DNA of 64,000 nt from Selaginella moellendorffii (Eukaryota > Plantae > Lycopodiophyta). The position numbers and the translations under genes are program-made. Of the stretch, positions 26,180 to 38,638 are shown piece by piece. Every line of letters begins with the position of its first letter. Within the stretch, counting starts at the first letter, position 1. The DNA lies in the NCBI RefSeq assembly GCF_000143415.4, contig NW_003314314.1:250263-314262 (forward strand), written 5' to 3'. Under the pieces are notes generated by a model. It ran no database searches. It saw nothing but the letters and a program-made list of their open reading frames with translations, and was not told the origin of the DNA.

Positions 26180-28384
26180 TTACGAGGAGCTCCACGCCGA
26201 GGCCGTCAAGAGGCACATGTCCTTCCAGGCGAGCTTGAGAAGCTCGCCATCCTCGACAAGCGCGAATCCTTCGCACGGGAACATCCCCAAAAGCAAGCTC
26301 GCCTGCGCGGACGCATTTCCCCCGAGCGCCACCGCTCGAAAGCCCGCTCGCTGGAACTCCTCCCTCCAGCTCCCAAACTTCTCCTCGCCAGTCCGGGCCG
26401 GCCCCCCAACAGCCAGGATGTTCTTGATCTCGCACGAGAGTAGCTGCTGCTCCACGACGTGCCGCTCGGTGTTGTCCTCGGGCAGGCTCGCCCCCAGCGA
26501 GTCGAAGAGCGCCGAATAGTAGTGTAGCGCCTCCACGAACCGGTGTAGAAACGAGCCCGAGTGGCTCAAGTCCTGCTCCACCGTGGTGATGATCTTGGGC
26601 CGGAGCTGGCGGAGGAGCGCCAGAGCTTTCACGTCGGAGCCAGTGATGTCGTAGAGCGAGTGGTGGAGGCAGTGCACGGCCAGAGCTTCGTTCCTCCGGA
26701 CCCCCAGCTTGAGAGGATCCAAGTTCCCGATCTTGTCAGCCACGCCGTGGAACTCGAACGGGAGTCCCAGCGACGCTGCGAACTCGGACAGCCTCTTCCC
26801 AGTTTGCTCTAGAGTGTCCGAGCACGCTCCAAGGCCTGTGAGCCGGACTCTCGGCGGACCCCGGGGCCTGGAAGCGAGGATGTGGAACAGAGCCGGCCAC
26901 TGTAGCCCCTGCATCACGTCCAAGTCGAGGATATGGACGCTGTCTTCCCCATCGAGAGCCTCGAGGATGGCCTGGTTTGCTGTGAAGTGCGAGAATTTCA
27001 CCAGCGGGCAGAGCGAGTTGAACACCTGGAACGCTGCGATGGTGTTCTTGCTCGAGACTTTGTGCATCTCCGGAATGAGAGGCGCATACACTCCCAGGCA
27101 CGAGTTCACCATCCGGGCGTTCATGGCTTCCGAGAAGTAGGCCGCCATCCTCTCCACCGAGTTCCCATACGGCGACGTGAGCTCGCTAAGTTGCGGGAGG
27201 AGAGCGTTGGCCTCTTCGAAGTTGTCCGCCGAGACCGCCTCGGCGCACTGCAGCAGAAGAGCCAGGAGCTGCAAGCCTTCGTCGTCCGAGGTAGCAGCAG
27301 CAGTGCTACTGCTCGGAGCCGCGACTGTTGGCGCAGGCGGCTTGATGACATTCCCTTGATCCTGTAAATTCCTATGAAGCTCGAACTGGTTGGCAGCAGC
27401 AGCAGCTGAGAAGTTTGTGTTCTCGGACGGTGAAGACGAGGATGAGTCGAGAGAAAGCTTCAGAACGTCTGGCCTGAGAGCGTCTGTTGTCTGGATGTGA
27501 GCAGCACCAACCGACGATGAGGACGAGGTGAGCATCGAAATCTCCATGCTGCTGTTGTTTAACACCGAGGTGGATGGCTTGTCCAGGCCGTAGAGTTTCG
27601 ACTTGATGACGCTCCCGACGTGAGGATTGCAGTGGGAGAGGTTCTCCAGGAGGAGCTGCATGATGTGTTCGATGGAAACTCCAGGCATGGTGTGGAGGAG
27701 ATCGTTGGCTATCGAGTCGAGCCAGGCTGCAACAGAGCTTTGATCCATGCTTTGCACGTCTGCTGCTATGAGTGAGTTCTCGGACTGATGCTGCGGTTGT
27801 TGCCGAAGCTCCAGCGGCTCAGTGTTGGTGGTGCTGTTTTTCATCGTCCAGGGAGGACTAGAATTCCTGCTCGAGTCCTCCGCAAGGCCGGGAATTGGGG
27901 CCGACGTCGACGATGCAAAGAGAGAGCCACTCAAACTCCGGAGAGGTGGAAAGCTCGAAAATTCCCAGCATGCTTCAGTACTATTGCCTTGCTGAAATCC
28001 CAATCCGGGACTTGCGAGCCACTTCATGGCAGTTGGAGATGGAGAGGCCATCAGACTGTCGCATAATCCCTTGGGACTTCCACTGGGTGTCCATCTCGGC
28101 GAACTCCCAAAGTCGAAGACGGATTGAGGCCCAACTTGTGCCAGAGGTGACTTCATCCTGCTGTTCAGCATACTTCTCGACTCACCTTCGATCAAACTCG
28201 CTGTGCTGCAACTGTATAGAGACTTGTCCGAGCTCACGTCCTGAGCCTCCGATTCCTCTTCCTCTTCTCCCTGTGGTGCAGACTCTCCATTATCTCCAAA
28301 GCCGTCATCCAAAACCTCTATGGGTTCCTCTCCGTGATCGATTCTGCTAGATTGAACTGCTTGTGCCGGTACGTATCCCACCAT
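26180..28384 (-). CDS. SCR: GRAS transcription factor, SCARECROW clade (intronless ORF; first ATG taken as start)
   Basis: [26 protein letters not shown]; [16 protein letters not shown]; [15 protein letters not shown]; [10 protein letters not shown]; terminal LLTASAW. Confidence 0.92.
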   Translation of the reverse strand: MVGYVPAQAVQSSRIDHGEEPIEVLDDGFGDNGESAPQGEEEEESEAQDVSSDKSLYSCSTASLIEGESRSMLNSRMKSPLAQVGPQSVFDFGSSPRWTPSGSPKGLCDSLMASPSPTAMKWLASPGLGFQQGNSTEACWEFSSFPPLRSLSGSLFASSTSAPIPGLAEDSSRNSSPPWTMKNSTTNTEPLELRQQPQHQSENSLIAADVQSMDQSSVAAWLDSIANDLLHTMPGVSIEHIMQLLLENLSHCNPHVGSVIKSKLYGLDKPSTSVLNNSSMEISMLTSSSSSVGAAHIQTTDALRPDVLKLSLDSSSSSPSENTNFSAAAAANQFELHRNLQDQGNVIKPPAPTVAAPSSSTAAATSDDEGLQLLALLLQCAEAVSADNFEEANALLPQLSELTSPYGNSVERMAAYFSEAMNARMVNSCLGVYAPLIPEMHKVSSKNTIAAFQVFNSLCPLVKFSHFTANQAILEALDGEDSVHILDLDVMQGLQWPALFHILASRPRGPPRVRLTGLGACSDTLEQTGKRLSEFAASLGLPFEFHGVADKIGNLDPLKLGVRRNEALAVHCLHHSLYDITGSDVKALALLRQLRPKIITTVEQDLSHSGSFLHRFVEALHYYSALFDSLGASLPEDNTERHVVEQQLLSCEIKNILAVGGPARTGEEKFGSWREEFQRAGFRAVALGGNASAQASLLLGMFPCEGFALVEDGELLKLAWKDMCLLTASAWSSS

Positions 28385-30096
28385 AGCTGAGCTTTCGAAA
28401 TGCTTTTTCTTTGTTCTTCCAGCAGGCACGGGCTACCGCCTACAGGCTCCGAACTTTAGAGACCTGTACTGGAGCTACGCTCCACCCAAGTATAGTATAG
28501 ACGAGTTTTTGTCTCAGATTATGCTTTCGAGGCTCGGGTTTCCTGTAGCGATGATCTGCAAAAGGATAATGTTGGTTTAGTCATGCCGTCAAGGAGTCGA
28601 TAGTGAAAATAAACAAGAGCGTATTAGACGTACCGCATGATGGTTATGTTCCTCACATGGTCCGATTCTCTGTCCGAGTACGCGGGCACGGGAAAGACAA
28701 CGTATATATGGTCGTATACTGGCCCTGGCTGAGCAGCGCGGGATAAAAAATATATGTAGCTCTCTTTTAGATTGATCAGAGCTTGTCGACTTGTGCTTCG
28801 TGGATGCTAAACTTGAGACACGAAGATCATTGAGCGCGGGCATCAGCTAGCTTTGCCGTAGCTTCTGATGGACAGCAAGCAAGGAGTTCTAGAAGATTAA
28901 ACATATAATACCACAACTTAGCTTACCTTAAGCTCGCTTCCCAGGACAAGAGATGGTAAGCCGTCTTTTCTGCTTTAGCAACAACACAGATGTCGCTTCA
29001 GTGGGACCTCCATCTCGATCTAAAAATCAGAATCGGATACCTTTCCTCTAGCGTGGCCGTGAACGCTTGTGTTCATACACGCTCCAGCCTTGTTTCGTCC
29101 GCGTCTGTTTCTCGGCAGTGGCCGGCAATAACGTGCGCATGTTCCAATGCCTGCATCACAAAGCACACATTTTTCTATAGGGAGGGAATAATTCAGCAAC
29201 AATTTGTCACATACCATTTTTTCTATTCCAGCACATTGGAAGGGAGCCTGTTACCGTCCCCGCCCAAGGCTCCATCGCATAAAACGGGATTTCCTGTCAC
29301 CAACAAGCCCAGCCAGAACAAAGGACAAGCGCGTATAAATTAGTGACAAAAGCACAAACTACCTCAGTCAATCCGTGTCAGACGACCGATCTTCACCACA
29401 GCTCCCGCGGAACACGGTGGAATCTACAGAAGACAGCAAGCAACAAGGCCATAACTACAAAAACCATCATCAGAAACAAATATTTCATCAGCAACTCGCT
29501 AAGATAAGAACAAAGACCAGCTCGGGGACAGAGAGCAGCAGCTTACCCAAGTAATAATCTGCGATGGGAATGTCAGAAATTCCTACAGCCTCGTGAACCA
29601 GGAAGAATAATTTTACCGAGAAACTCCTCAACTAAACTAAACGGGAATAGAAAAACCAGACAGAGGAAGGAGAAAAGACACATACTCGTTTTCGCAGATT
29701 GCCAGGAATCTCACAGATCCCTCCACCGTGTCACCATGTGGTAGTCTGTTAGCGACAGAGACAAGATCTAATTCGTCGGCCCTTTAGATACTGGGCACAT
29801 GGTGTGCTCAGAACTTTCTCCAGGTACTGCTTTGGCTGCCTCCAAAACACGAAAGCCACTGTCAGGTTTGTACAAATCCTCTAAAAGAAACAAGCGTACC
29901 TTTCCAATTCACTCCATACACGAACCACTCTTGCTGCATGAAACCAGTAAGCAAAGTTTTCAGACTGAACTCTAGAACTTTTGAGACTTGTCTTCCAGTT
30001 TGGAACTGAACGAAAAACACTTTGAAAATCGACGCTGCAGTTTGCTGTGTTAATATATGCATTGAAAGCATGCTGTTGGTATACCTGTATCGAATC

Positions 30097-31331
30097 TCAA
30101 ATAACCTCCGGAGCGCGTTTGAATTCAACAATGTACTTGTACACTGTTATAGGCTTGTCAAACATACTAGAAAAATCCATGTCGAGCTTTTCTCCAGGAA
30201 CTTTATACATTGAGACGCGCTGCAATACCTGGGGTTCATAATATTTAATTGTCATCTGAGAGTTTTTAGTACCTGCATTGCGGTGACTGAACTTCCGTCC
30301 GGATCCCATTTATATCTTGTTATGTTGCGACTGGCCTGTCATAAGATTCCACGCCATTTTATCTCAGACCGAGCTAGAGAATGAATCACCTTAATTGAAG
30401 GCGGCCCGGGTTGATCACCCCTGTCAAATACCTGGGGACAATAAATGCAGATTAACGGTGTCGACAAAGCAGGAATAGACGAGTCACCTGTTTCGAGTAT
30501 TCGGATGTATCGAATTGACCAGCAGCTGACATTTCGAATGATCTTTTCGTAACAAGGTTCTCGATCTGCAAGAAACCTCACTGTGAAAAGTTTTCAGGAC
30601 GACTATTACCTTCAAACCCCCGGACAACACCAAGTTCAGTCGATTGGCATGTTCTGGATCCCATGACTTTTGCTCAATAACGTTCTTGCCGACGGTAGCC
30701 TCCACCAAAGACTAGAAACGAACGCGTTAGCTTCCAGTCCAGCCAGTATGCTACTTACAGTGGTGGTGAAGAGGCGGTCTCCTATGATATTTCCCTTGTA
30801 AGGCACAAACCGAGCTTGATATACCACCTTGCACGATGTATTTCTCGTCAGTAAAGTCATTCGAAAATCATAGAACCACTCACAGTGAGTCCAAGTTGCT
30901 TCCGAGAGGAATCAATGCTCCTTTTATCAGCTTTATCTTCGCCCTGGAGAGGAAAAAACGAACAAGATCGAAAAAGATTAAATAAATCCTTAGTATAACA
31001 CCTGAGGTGTCTCCACCGCTATCAGAGTAGAATAACAATTCCACAAGCCTTCAAAGAAACTGCGAAACAACCAGTGAGTAATGGACGAGAAGAAAAACGC
31101 AGCCTACTTTGGATAGTAGATATCTGGATCGCCAATCCCGAGAGTTCTAAGAAACGAATTTCCAGAAGTAGCCTCCTTTGCTGCTGTTCTAGCGGGAGCT
31201 ATGAAAATCGAAACTGGAAGGGCCAAAGAAAATCTTCTAGACAATACACGAGAATTTCTTTCGTGACACATGATCCTGCCACAAAACGGAACAAGAAAGA
31301 GAGAATCAACACAAACAACGATAACAGCCAT
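30097..31331 (-). CDS. Conserved plant/cyanobacterial-type unknown protein (DUF6816-like), multi-exon; start uncertain
   Basis: Spliced exons: PDIYYP; YQARFVPYKGNIIGDRLF; WDPEHANRLNL; FDTSEYSKQVF; QRVSMY...PITVYKY. Family assignment is from memory. Confidence 0.65.
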
Positions 31332-31584
31332 GAAATCCAGACCTCTTGGATGCGAATGAGGCAGCGCCTGGAAAGAATGAAAACACTAAGAATGAGGAAT
31401 CAGTCTCTAGCGATGGAAGCTGACCGAAATTTTGCCACGGATGATGCTTGGATCTGGAATTCCTCCCTGCATTCTTCGCGGCGCCTCGATTGCATCCGCC
31501 AAAACCCGCCAAGCCCAGCTCACACTCGTTCATTCTCCGAAGCCCTAGTTTGGCGGGAAAGCCAAGAACCCTAATAGATAGAAA

Positions 31585-34500
31585 ATGGGAAGGAAGAAGG
31601 AGAAGGCGATCTCTCCAGCGCCTAAGCGCCCTGGCGCGTCCTGGGGAGCTGGATCGCCAGCGTCCAAGCGCTCGGCATCGGCGAGGACGAGAGACGAAGG
31701 AATGGGGGATTTTGGAAGGTGTGTAGCCCTCGTTGTGCTGTATATTCCAGGATTGCTCAAGGAGTCCTCGATTTTGTTCTAGGTACATGACGAACAAAGT
31801 GAGGAAGCTGGGAGAGCAGTTCCAAGCAGAGGCTTCGAATCCAGAGGCTTCCAGGTTTTGTCTTTCTTATTTTTTTCTATAGTTCTCTAGAACTTTTGCT
31901 TTGTCTAGAGGCAATGCCGATGAAAACTCGATAGAAGAGACCACGTCAAAGATTTTTGAAGGGATTTCGATACATGTGAATGGCTTCACCATTCCTTCTC
32001 ATCAGGTGCTCTCTCTGGATTTTATTTTTCTCTTTAGATGAGTGTCTTGGATTTCTTTGGTTTTGGCAGGAGTTGCGGACTCTGATGCTGAGACATGGTG
32101 GCACTTTTGAGAATTATTTTTCGAAGACACGGGTAACGCATATAATCTGCTCCAACCTTCCGCAAAGCAAGATCAAAGAATTCAGGTTTGGAAATCATCG
32201 GTTTATACTGACTGATATGTTACATTTTAGAACTCCAGGTCTTTTAGCAAAGGATTACCAGTTCTGAAACCTGGTTGGATTGTGGATAGCATCGCGGTGG
32301 GAAAGCTTCTACCGTGTACGTTTTCTGACCATCTTGAATGGTTCTTAGTTTCGTTTTGTTGTTTGGCAGGGGCGAGCTATCAGCTAGAGGCGATTTATTC
32401 AAATCAAAGTACTCTGTCTTCATTTTATGGAACCCGGAAGCTTCTTCAAGATGGAACGGAAAATGTTGAAGAGCAAGAACTTGTGGCAGAAGCGAAGCCA
32501 GACACTTCTCATCCGAATTTAGCCGGAGATGGTGCTGGAAAAGAAATCGAATACGATGAGCAAGATGAAGAGGGTGGTGCTGAAGAAGTAAATGTTGAAG
32601 ACGGTCTTAGTGAGAACGAGTACATGGAACATCGCCGATCGCATTCAACACTAGATGATCCCAATTTTGTGCAGAACTATTTTAAGGTAAGCACTGGAGT
32701 TTTTTTCACTTCCTATCGGACGTTTCTTTGCAGTATTCCCGGTTGCATTTTATTGGAACGTGGAGAAACAGATATCAAGCAACTGTACAGATGCAAAGAA
32801 GAGTGACACTTGATCCAGCTTTGGAGAAATCAATTATTCACGTGGACATGGTAATTGCTGGTGACATCTAGATGGGTTCAGTGACTGTTACGTTCACAGG
32901 ATTGTTTCTTTGTTTCTGTCGTGACGAGGAATCGCCCGGAGTTAGATGGCAAGCCCGTCGGAGTGTGCCATTCGGACAGCTCCAAAGGAACTGGGGAAAT
33001 CTCGTCGGCAAATTATGAAGCACGCACCTTTGGTATTCTTAGCTGCCATTTCCAATATTTTCTGAACTGGTATTTTCAGGTGTGAAGGCAGGCATGTTCG
33101 TTAAAACTGCTAAAAAGTGTTGTCCAAATCTGGAAATTGTATCTTACGATTTCGAAGGTTATGAACAGGTACAACGCTATTTATCCTGCGGCTCAAATCC
33201 TGCTATGCTTGTAGGTTGCAGATAAGCTATATGAAATATTGCATCGACATAGTCCACTGGTACAGGTATGCTTTCTCCAAATTGGAGATGAACTAGTTTA
33301 ATCGCTTTCAGCAGGCTATCAGTTGTGACGAGGCCTATCTTGACGTAAGTGGGATGGGTGATCCTGCTTCAATAGCATCTGCAATAAGGCGGGAAATTTT
33401 CGAGGCAACAAGGTGCACTGCAAGTGCAGGAATTTCTGCCAATATTCTACTGGCTCGACTGGCGACCAAGAAAGCAAAACCGAACGGGCAGTTCCAGATA
33501 CATCTCCAAGAGGTAATTACGTCTTTTATTTCATAGCATTCAGAGTTTTGAATTGGGCAGGCGGAGGAGTTCATGATGAACCTTCCAGTTGAGGAACTTC
33601 CCGGCGTTGGATGGGTACTGCGAGAAAAGTTGCACGCATTGAAGCTATTTACATGTTCGGATTTGCGGTTGTTGACAAGTGTAAGTTTGCTGTTCCTCTT
33701 GAAAGTTCTCCTATCTCTACATTCAGGAAACTTTACGCAAGCATTTTGGCGCCAAAACTGGGGAGACACTGTACAATCACGCTCGTGGTATTGACCACCG
33801 TAAAGTGCAGGCTCCGCAGGTTTGTTCAATTTTAACTCTTGAAATGAATTTATTTGCTACTTTAGGAGAAAAAATCAATCGGAGCAGAGGTAAATTGGGG
33901 TGTTCGGTTTTCCACTCTGGCAGATGTAACGTTTTATTTTTCTTAGTTTTTTCCTCTCAAAAGTAAGCATTACGCACTTTTATACAGGCTCAAAACTTCC
34001 TTGTTACTTTGAGTGAGGAAGTTGCATCTCGGTTAAGAAAAGCAGCAGTGCATGGGCGTACTTTTACAATGAAGGTATTGCATAGAGCTTCAAGCCATCA
34101 TTTTCTTTTCTTTTCTTTTTCCAGGTGAAAAAGCGAAAATCTGGAGCAGGCGAACCTGAGAAGTTCATGGGATGCGGCATTTGTGACAACATCAGCCGTT
34201 CTACTACAGTATTTTCTGTGCTCCAACTGGCTAAGTTTTAATGTGCGCTTTCGCAGCTCCCTTCTGGGACAAACTCGAGTGATGTCCTCTCGCGAATTTC
34301 TCGGCAGCTGTTTGGGTCACTAAACCTTGGTAATTTGCATGAAGCTATTTCCGGAGATCTTAATTTTCATTGCAGACGTACGTGATGTACGTGGAGTCGG
34401 CTTACAAGTTACAAGGCTTGAAGATTTATCCAATGAGCAAGGTAATATTAGTTTCTAATAATTTTCGTCCAAAGTCTTTCAAATTTCAGGTGCTAAAGAG

Positions 34501-35474
34501 CAAACGCGTTTGGAGTCCTGGATTACTAATTCCCCTGACAAAAGATTGAAACAACGTACTGACTCTAAACCAGGTGTGTACTTTCTGAAAGCATAAAACC
34601 ACTCATAATACTCAACTCTTTTAACCAGATAGAAGCATAGAGCCTGAGCTCCCCCCCGCTTCTGAAATCGATCCATGCTTCTTGGAATCACTTCCGCCAG
34701 ATCTATTTGATGAGCTTAACAACGCATACAAAGGCGAGCTTGCAAGTATAAAATTGTCAAAGGTTCGGGAAGGCGCCTGTTCAAAAACTGTACGTTCTGA
34801 GCCGATCTGTCTGTACTGCTAAAGTGAGTTTGCTTCTCTTTGAACAGGAAACAGAAGCTTCAAAAGTGGAGAATAACGGGTAACACTTTGTTGACAAAGA
34901 ATGTGAGATAACATTCAAATATACAGGAATTTGTTTCAGTGTGAACAAGACAGCACTGAATCTGATTCAAATCTTGGCAAAGCCAGAGACAAGAAAAATA
35001 GCGACGTGTTCGACGTCTGGGATACCTTGTCCCATTTCCAGACGAGCGAATCAAAGATGCTGCGGGATATGCACGACATTTATACGAGCGTAGACAGTCC
35101 GAAGCACTTGTCTCAAGTTTTGGTGGTTCTAAATGCTACGTCTCACTGCGATGAAGCCGACTCTGACGATTCCATCAGCATATGCTCCAAGTTTATAAGT
35201 CAGTATCTTCTGGCAATCCTCTATAGCGATCTAGAAGAGGTGTCGGCGGTCATCCGGCTTCTCAAAAGGTAAGTTCCTTCTTTTCTTTTGTATGTTGTTC
35301 ATATGTCACTCCTGAACAGGCTCGCAACGAAATCGGATGGTTGGAATCGTGTTTGTGCTTGCGTATTGCCCACGACTCAGGTGCGCATTTGTAAGCTTTC
35401 TTCATTGTTGCACGACTATATGCTTTTCTTCCTGGTAGGACCAAGTCTTACATCTTTATGGCGGCTACCTGTAA
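31585..35474 (+). CDS. REV1: DNA repair protein REV1 (BRCT plus Y-family polymerase), many short introns
   Basis: GASWGA..DFGRYMTNKVRKL; BRCT IFEGISIHVNGFT/THIICSNL; SRLHFIGTWRNR; HVDMDCFFVSV; ISSANYEAR; SCDEAYLD; KSIGAEVNWGVRF; KFMGCGICD. Confidence 0.95.
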
Positions 35475-35563
35475 CGATCGAGGCTTTCGAAGTACAAGCT
35501 AACACTAATAACTCCCGGACGCTCAGCCACAAAGTCGTCTCAGCGGAATTCTATACATTTTTC

Positions 35564-36954
35564 TTACTGATGCCTCGTAAGAACATCTTTTAAAATTTGC
35601 TCCAGCCTTGGCAAGTGAAGCCTTATGTTCTGGCCATCGAGGTAAATTCTCTTCCGCTCCGTCCATCCCTTCGCGGTGACCTCATCCGGATTGACTATCA
35701 CAGTGTGATTGAGCCCAAACTCGTCGCTCAAGGTACTCTCCGAAGGTAAAATCTGGTATCCCACGTAGTTTAACCCGGCTTTTTCTGCAGGTCTTCCAAA
35801 GCATGTCTCGGCTGGCCCGTTGAGTCCGAATGGTATAATCTGGATCAAGGTGGAACCGGGACGCATAAACAAGAAGTGTGTCAGAGCGGCCCCGTGAACA
35901 CCAATGAGAACATCTGCCGAATGGAGGAGCGAGTAAATTTCCGAGAGCCGAGTGTTAAAATTGGGAGCAAACGTGTGAACTTCGTAGCCCAGCTTCTCCG
36001 CGAGCGCGATGGTCTCGTTTCTGTTGACGATCACTCTGCTGGTTTCCCGGTTGACGAGGACAAGCATCGGCTTCGTCTTTGGCAACACAACTTGGCCTGG
36101 ATTGAGAGCGATATCGAGTAAGTTTTGGAAGCTCCTCATTGATGTTCCTGCTAATCCCTCTTCTATCAGCAGGTCGCCGTGGATTCTCAGACCAACTATG
36201 ACTTCCGGAAAGCAGTGAACGAGCTGCTCGCGGTCGAAATCCACCACGGGGTAGTGCGTGAGGTGCTTGAGAATTGGGGCGTATTTTCCGGGCCACCAGT
36301 GCTTGAACTGGAGGACCATGAACACGACCTCGCCTTTAAACCTCTGTGCGGTGATGAAGAGCGGAACGAGACCATCGTTGAAGTCGTGGAAAATACTTCC
36401 GGTGTACCCCCCTGTGGAGAATATCACTGCCGGGACCGAGTGCCTCACATCACAAGCCATTTGCTTCGACTTCGGTAAGCTCACCATGTTTACTTCTCCG
36501 ATAGTTTTCATCATCTTTTCCCATTTCCTTGTGTAAGGTCGGATCTTCGCCAGGACATTTGAATGCGCGCTTTGGTTGGCAGACGTCAGTGCGACTGTCA
36601 AGTTGCTGCCTTTCACTCGGACATCCCCCTGCAGGCTGCAGATACTCGTGCTAGGGTGCGAGAAATCGCAAGAGACGCTCTCTCTCGAGGCGAGCCCCTG
36701 CAAAGGCACCTGGACGACTTCAATTGCAATCCTCCACCGGGAAAAGCTGGGGGAAAACTTACAATACAGTCGGAGTTGGCGAGGATGACAGTTGCGAGGA
36801 CTACAAAGGAAGCAGAGCAGGAGCCGAGCAGGACACACGTTGCAACGATGTTGTGGATCTTGGTCATCTTCTTGGGTATGATCTTGTTCTTCCAGAGATT
36901 GAGCCAGTGATGAATCCAGTGCAAATTCACTTCGAGCTTGCAGGCCTTGGCCAT
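35564..36954 (-). CDS. Glycosyltransferase family 61 (xylan arabinosyl/xylosyltransferase-like), probably one 5' intron
   Basis: TM anchor in the exon-1 frame; KIRPYTRKWE; FSTGGYTGSIFHDFNDG; GVHGAALTHFLFMRPG. Confidence 0.9.
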
Positions 36955-37092
36955 GTTTCCTCGCGCTGCTGCGCTGCCAGTGCCGCTTGCGAACAGCTGC
37001 TCCACTAAAGAGTTTCAAAAGAGAAAATTTTATGTGGCTACAGCAGATTCTGAAGCGACTCGCTACCGACTTGGCTGTCGATTAGTCCTCGC

Positions 37093-37687
37093 ATGGAGGG
37101 ACCATTGTGTGAGCTACGTGGAGCTCCATTTTCGGTAATAGTTTTCTCTCTCGCGCACTCTTGATACTAACAAAACCTCGCCACAGGAGTACAAGAGCGG
37201 TAGCTACCGAGTCCACTTCAAGTTTGGTAAGTTTGTCACTCACGATCTTTGTGTAGTTGTCAACGTTTCACTTGTTAAATCGGTGAGCTACAGGAGAGAG
37301 CTGCGAGGAAAAATCATTGCTGGAGGTTCTCAAAGGCTTGATTGTCTTCTCTCTTTTCCTCCTTTAATAATTCTTTCTTTTTCACAGGAACTACGCATGG
37401 GGTGAGTGGTGGTGGGCGTGTATAAACTTTGACATCAGTGTTGTGTGGTCCACTCTAGAGGAATGCCTTGCAAAGTTCCAATCATGCTACCGACACAAGT
37501 GCTTTGCTTTATCATCGCTAGCGTCAGCTATGCCAAGGTATGTGCACTGTTTTATTTCATTTTGGCTCTCTAATAAGAATCTTATTAGCTGTATATGTGA
37601 CAATGGCGATCAAGTTAACCTACTGAGAATCTTAAGAAGGCAACCACTTCTATAATTGAGTTCCTTTTTGTCTAATAGGCCAAATGA
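37093..37687 (+). CDS. Putative spliced small ORF (71 aa, 6 exons) upstream of the lectin ORF
   Basis: Canonical GT-AG introns join exons in frame to give MEGPLCELRGAPFSEYKSGSYRVHFKFGESCEEKSLLEELRMGGMPCKVPIMLPTQVLCFIIASVSYAKAK*. Confidence 0.35.
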
Positions 37688-38586
37688 TGTTGAGAGCACT
37701 GGTTTTTTATGTGATAATAGTCGGGATCAAAGCATCTATAGTGGACAAGGGAGAACAAGGTTTATTTGTAAGAGAAACTTTGGACTCAATTGTAAATGCC
37801 ATATACGCTTTAATTGATGGTATTGGAACAGGGCCTATACAAAGAGGTCAAAATGCAGAAGCAAGCATTATAATTGACGATCTCGAGCATGGAGAATTAG
37901 AGGTTGGGATTATGGTATGGATTTACAGTTACACTGAGAATAACTTTGCATTATGTTCAGCTAATCCTAGTGAACATCTAGATGATGGTGATGCAGTAAG
38001 GGAAGAATTGAGAGATTTATTAGATCATTATACACAACATATTTATAGTTATAGTGCATCTTTTATTACGATTGTCACTGAAAATTATGCTTTCCAATAC
38101 ATTGTGAGAAATTACTATAGTAGACATACACTAACCTATATTTATGACTATAAAAACATTTTATATGGCAAACAAGATTGTTATATATATTCAAGTACAT
38201 TAATAAGTGGCTATTTTGACATGCCTCACCAATATTTATTAATGTCACATTTTCTTGTTTCTCCTAATCGTAAAGCACATCTTTATTTACATTCAAATTG
38301 TTATTTGGTATTATATATTGGCAATAATGAAGCGTGGTGGATAAAAAAGGAAAATATTAACTGTGTTTTAAGATTGCAAGCAGATGGAAATTTGGTATTA
38401 TATTCAAATATTAATGTGGTTGTTTGGTCCCCTAATAAGTATTGCATACCCCAACCTAATTGCTATAAAAATACATATTTAAGTTTACAGGAAAATTGCA
38501 ATTTAGTTTTATATACATCTCATAATAAAGTATTGTCTAAAACTCCCTCAATTGAGCCTCTGTGGGATTCTAAAACTAGGTGCTAA
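37684..38586 (+). CDS. Probably secreted protein with a C-terminal bulb-type (GNA-like) mannose-binding lectin domain
   Basis: Hydrophobic N-terminus; LRLQADGNLVLY..VVWS and LSLQENCNLVLY (QxDxNxVxY-type motifs); intronless and AT-rich. Confidence 0.8.
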   Translation: MMLRALVFYVIIVGIKASIVDKGEQGLFVRETLDSIVNAIYALIDGIGTGPIQRGQNAEASIIIDDLEHGELEVGIMVWIYSYTENNFALCSANPSEHLDDGDAVREELRDLLDHYTQHIYSYSASFITIVTENYAFQYIVRNYYSRHTLTYIYDYKNILYGKQDCYIYSSTLISGYFDMPHQYLLMSHFLVSPNRKAHLYLHSNCYLVLYIGNNEAWWIKKENINCVLRLQADGNLVLYSNINVVVWSPNKYCIPQPNCYKNTYLSLQENCNLVLYTSHNKVLSKTPSIEPLWDSKTRC

Positions 38587-38638
38587 ATTGAAACTTTTTA
38601 CATTTCTTAATTTTTCACGTCCAAATAAAAATAAGATA

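Noticed and set aside
25533-26519. Several overlapping 100-224 aa ORFs between RNase H2A and SCR
   Set aside because: No recognisable motifs; they lie in convergent 3' regions or antisense to GC-rich SCR coding sequence.
29440-29545. Intronic C/D-box snoRNA (TGATGA...CTGA on the minus strand)
   Set aside because: The boxes are only ~11 nt apart and no terminal stem is evident.
17175-35474. Functional genome-maintenance cluster (PHD gene, RNase H2A, REV1)
   Set aside because: The genes are interspersed with unrelated ones, and chance adjacency is plausible in a compact genome.
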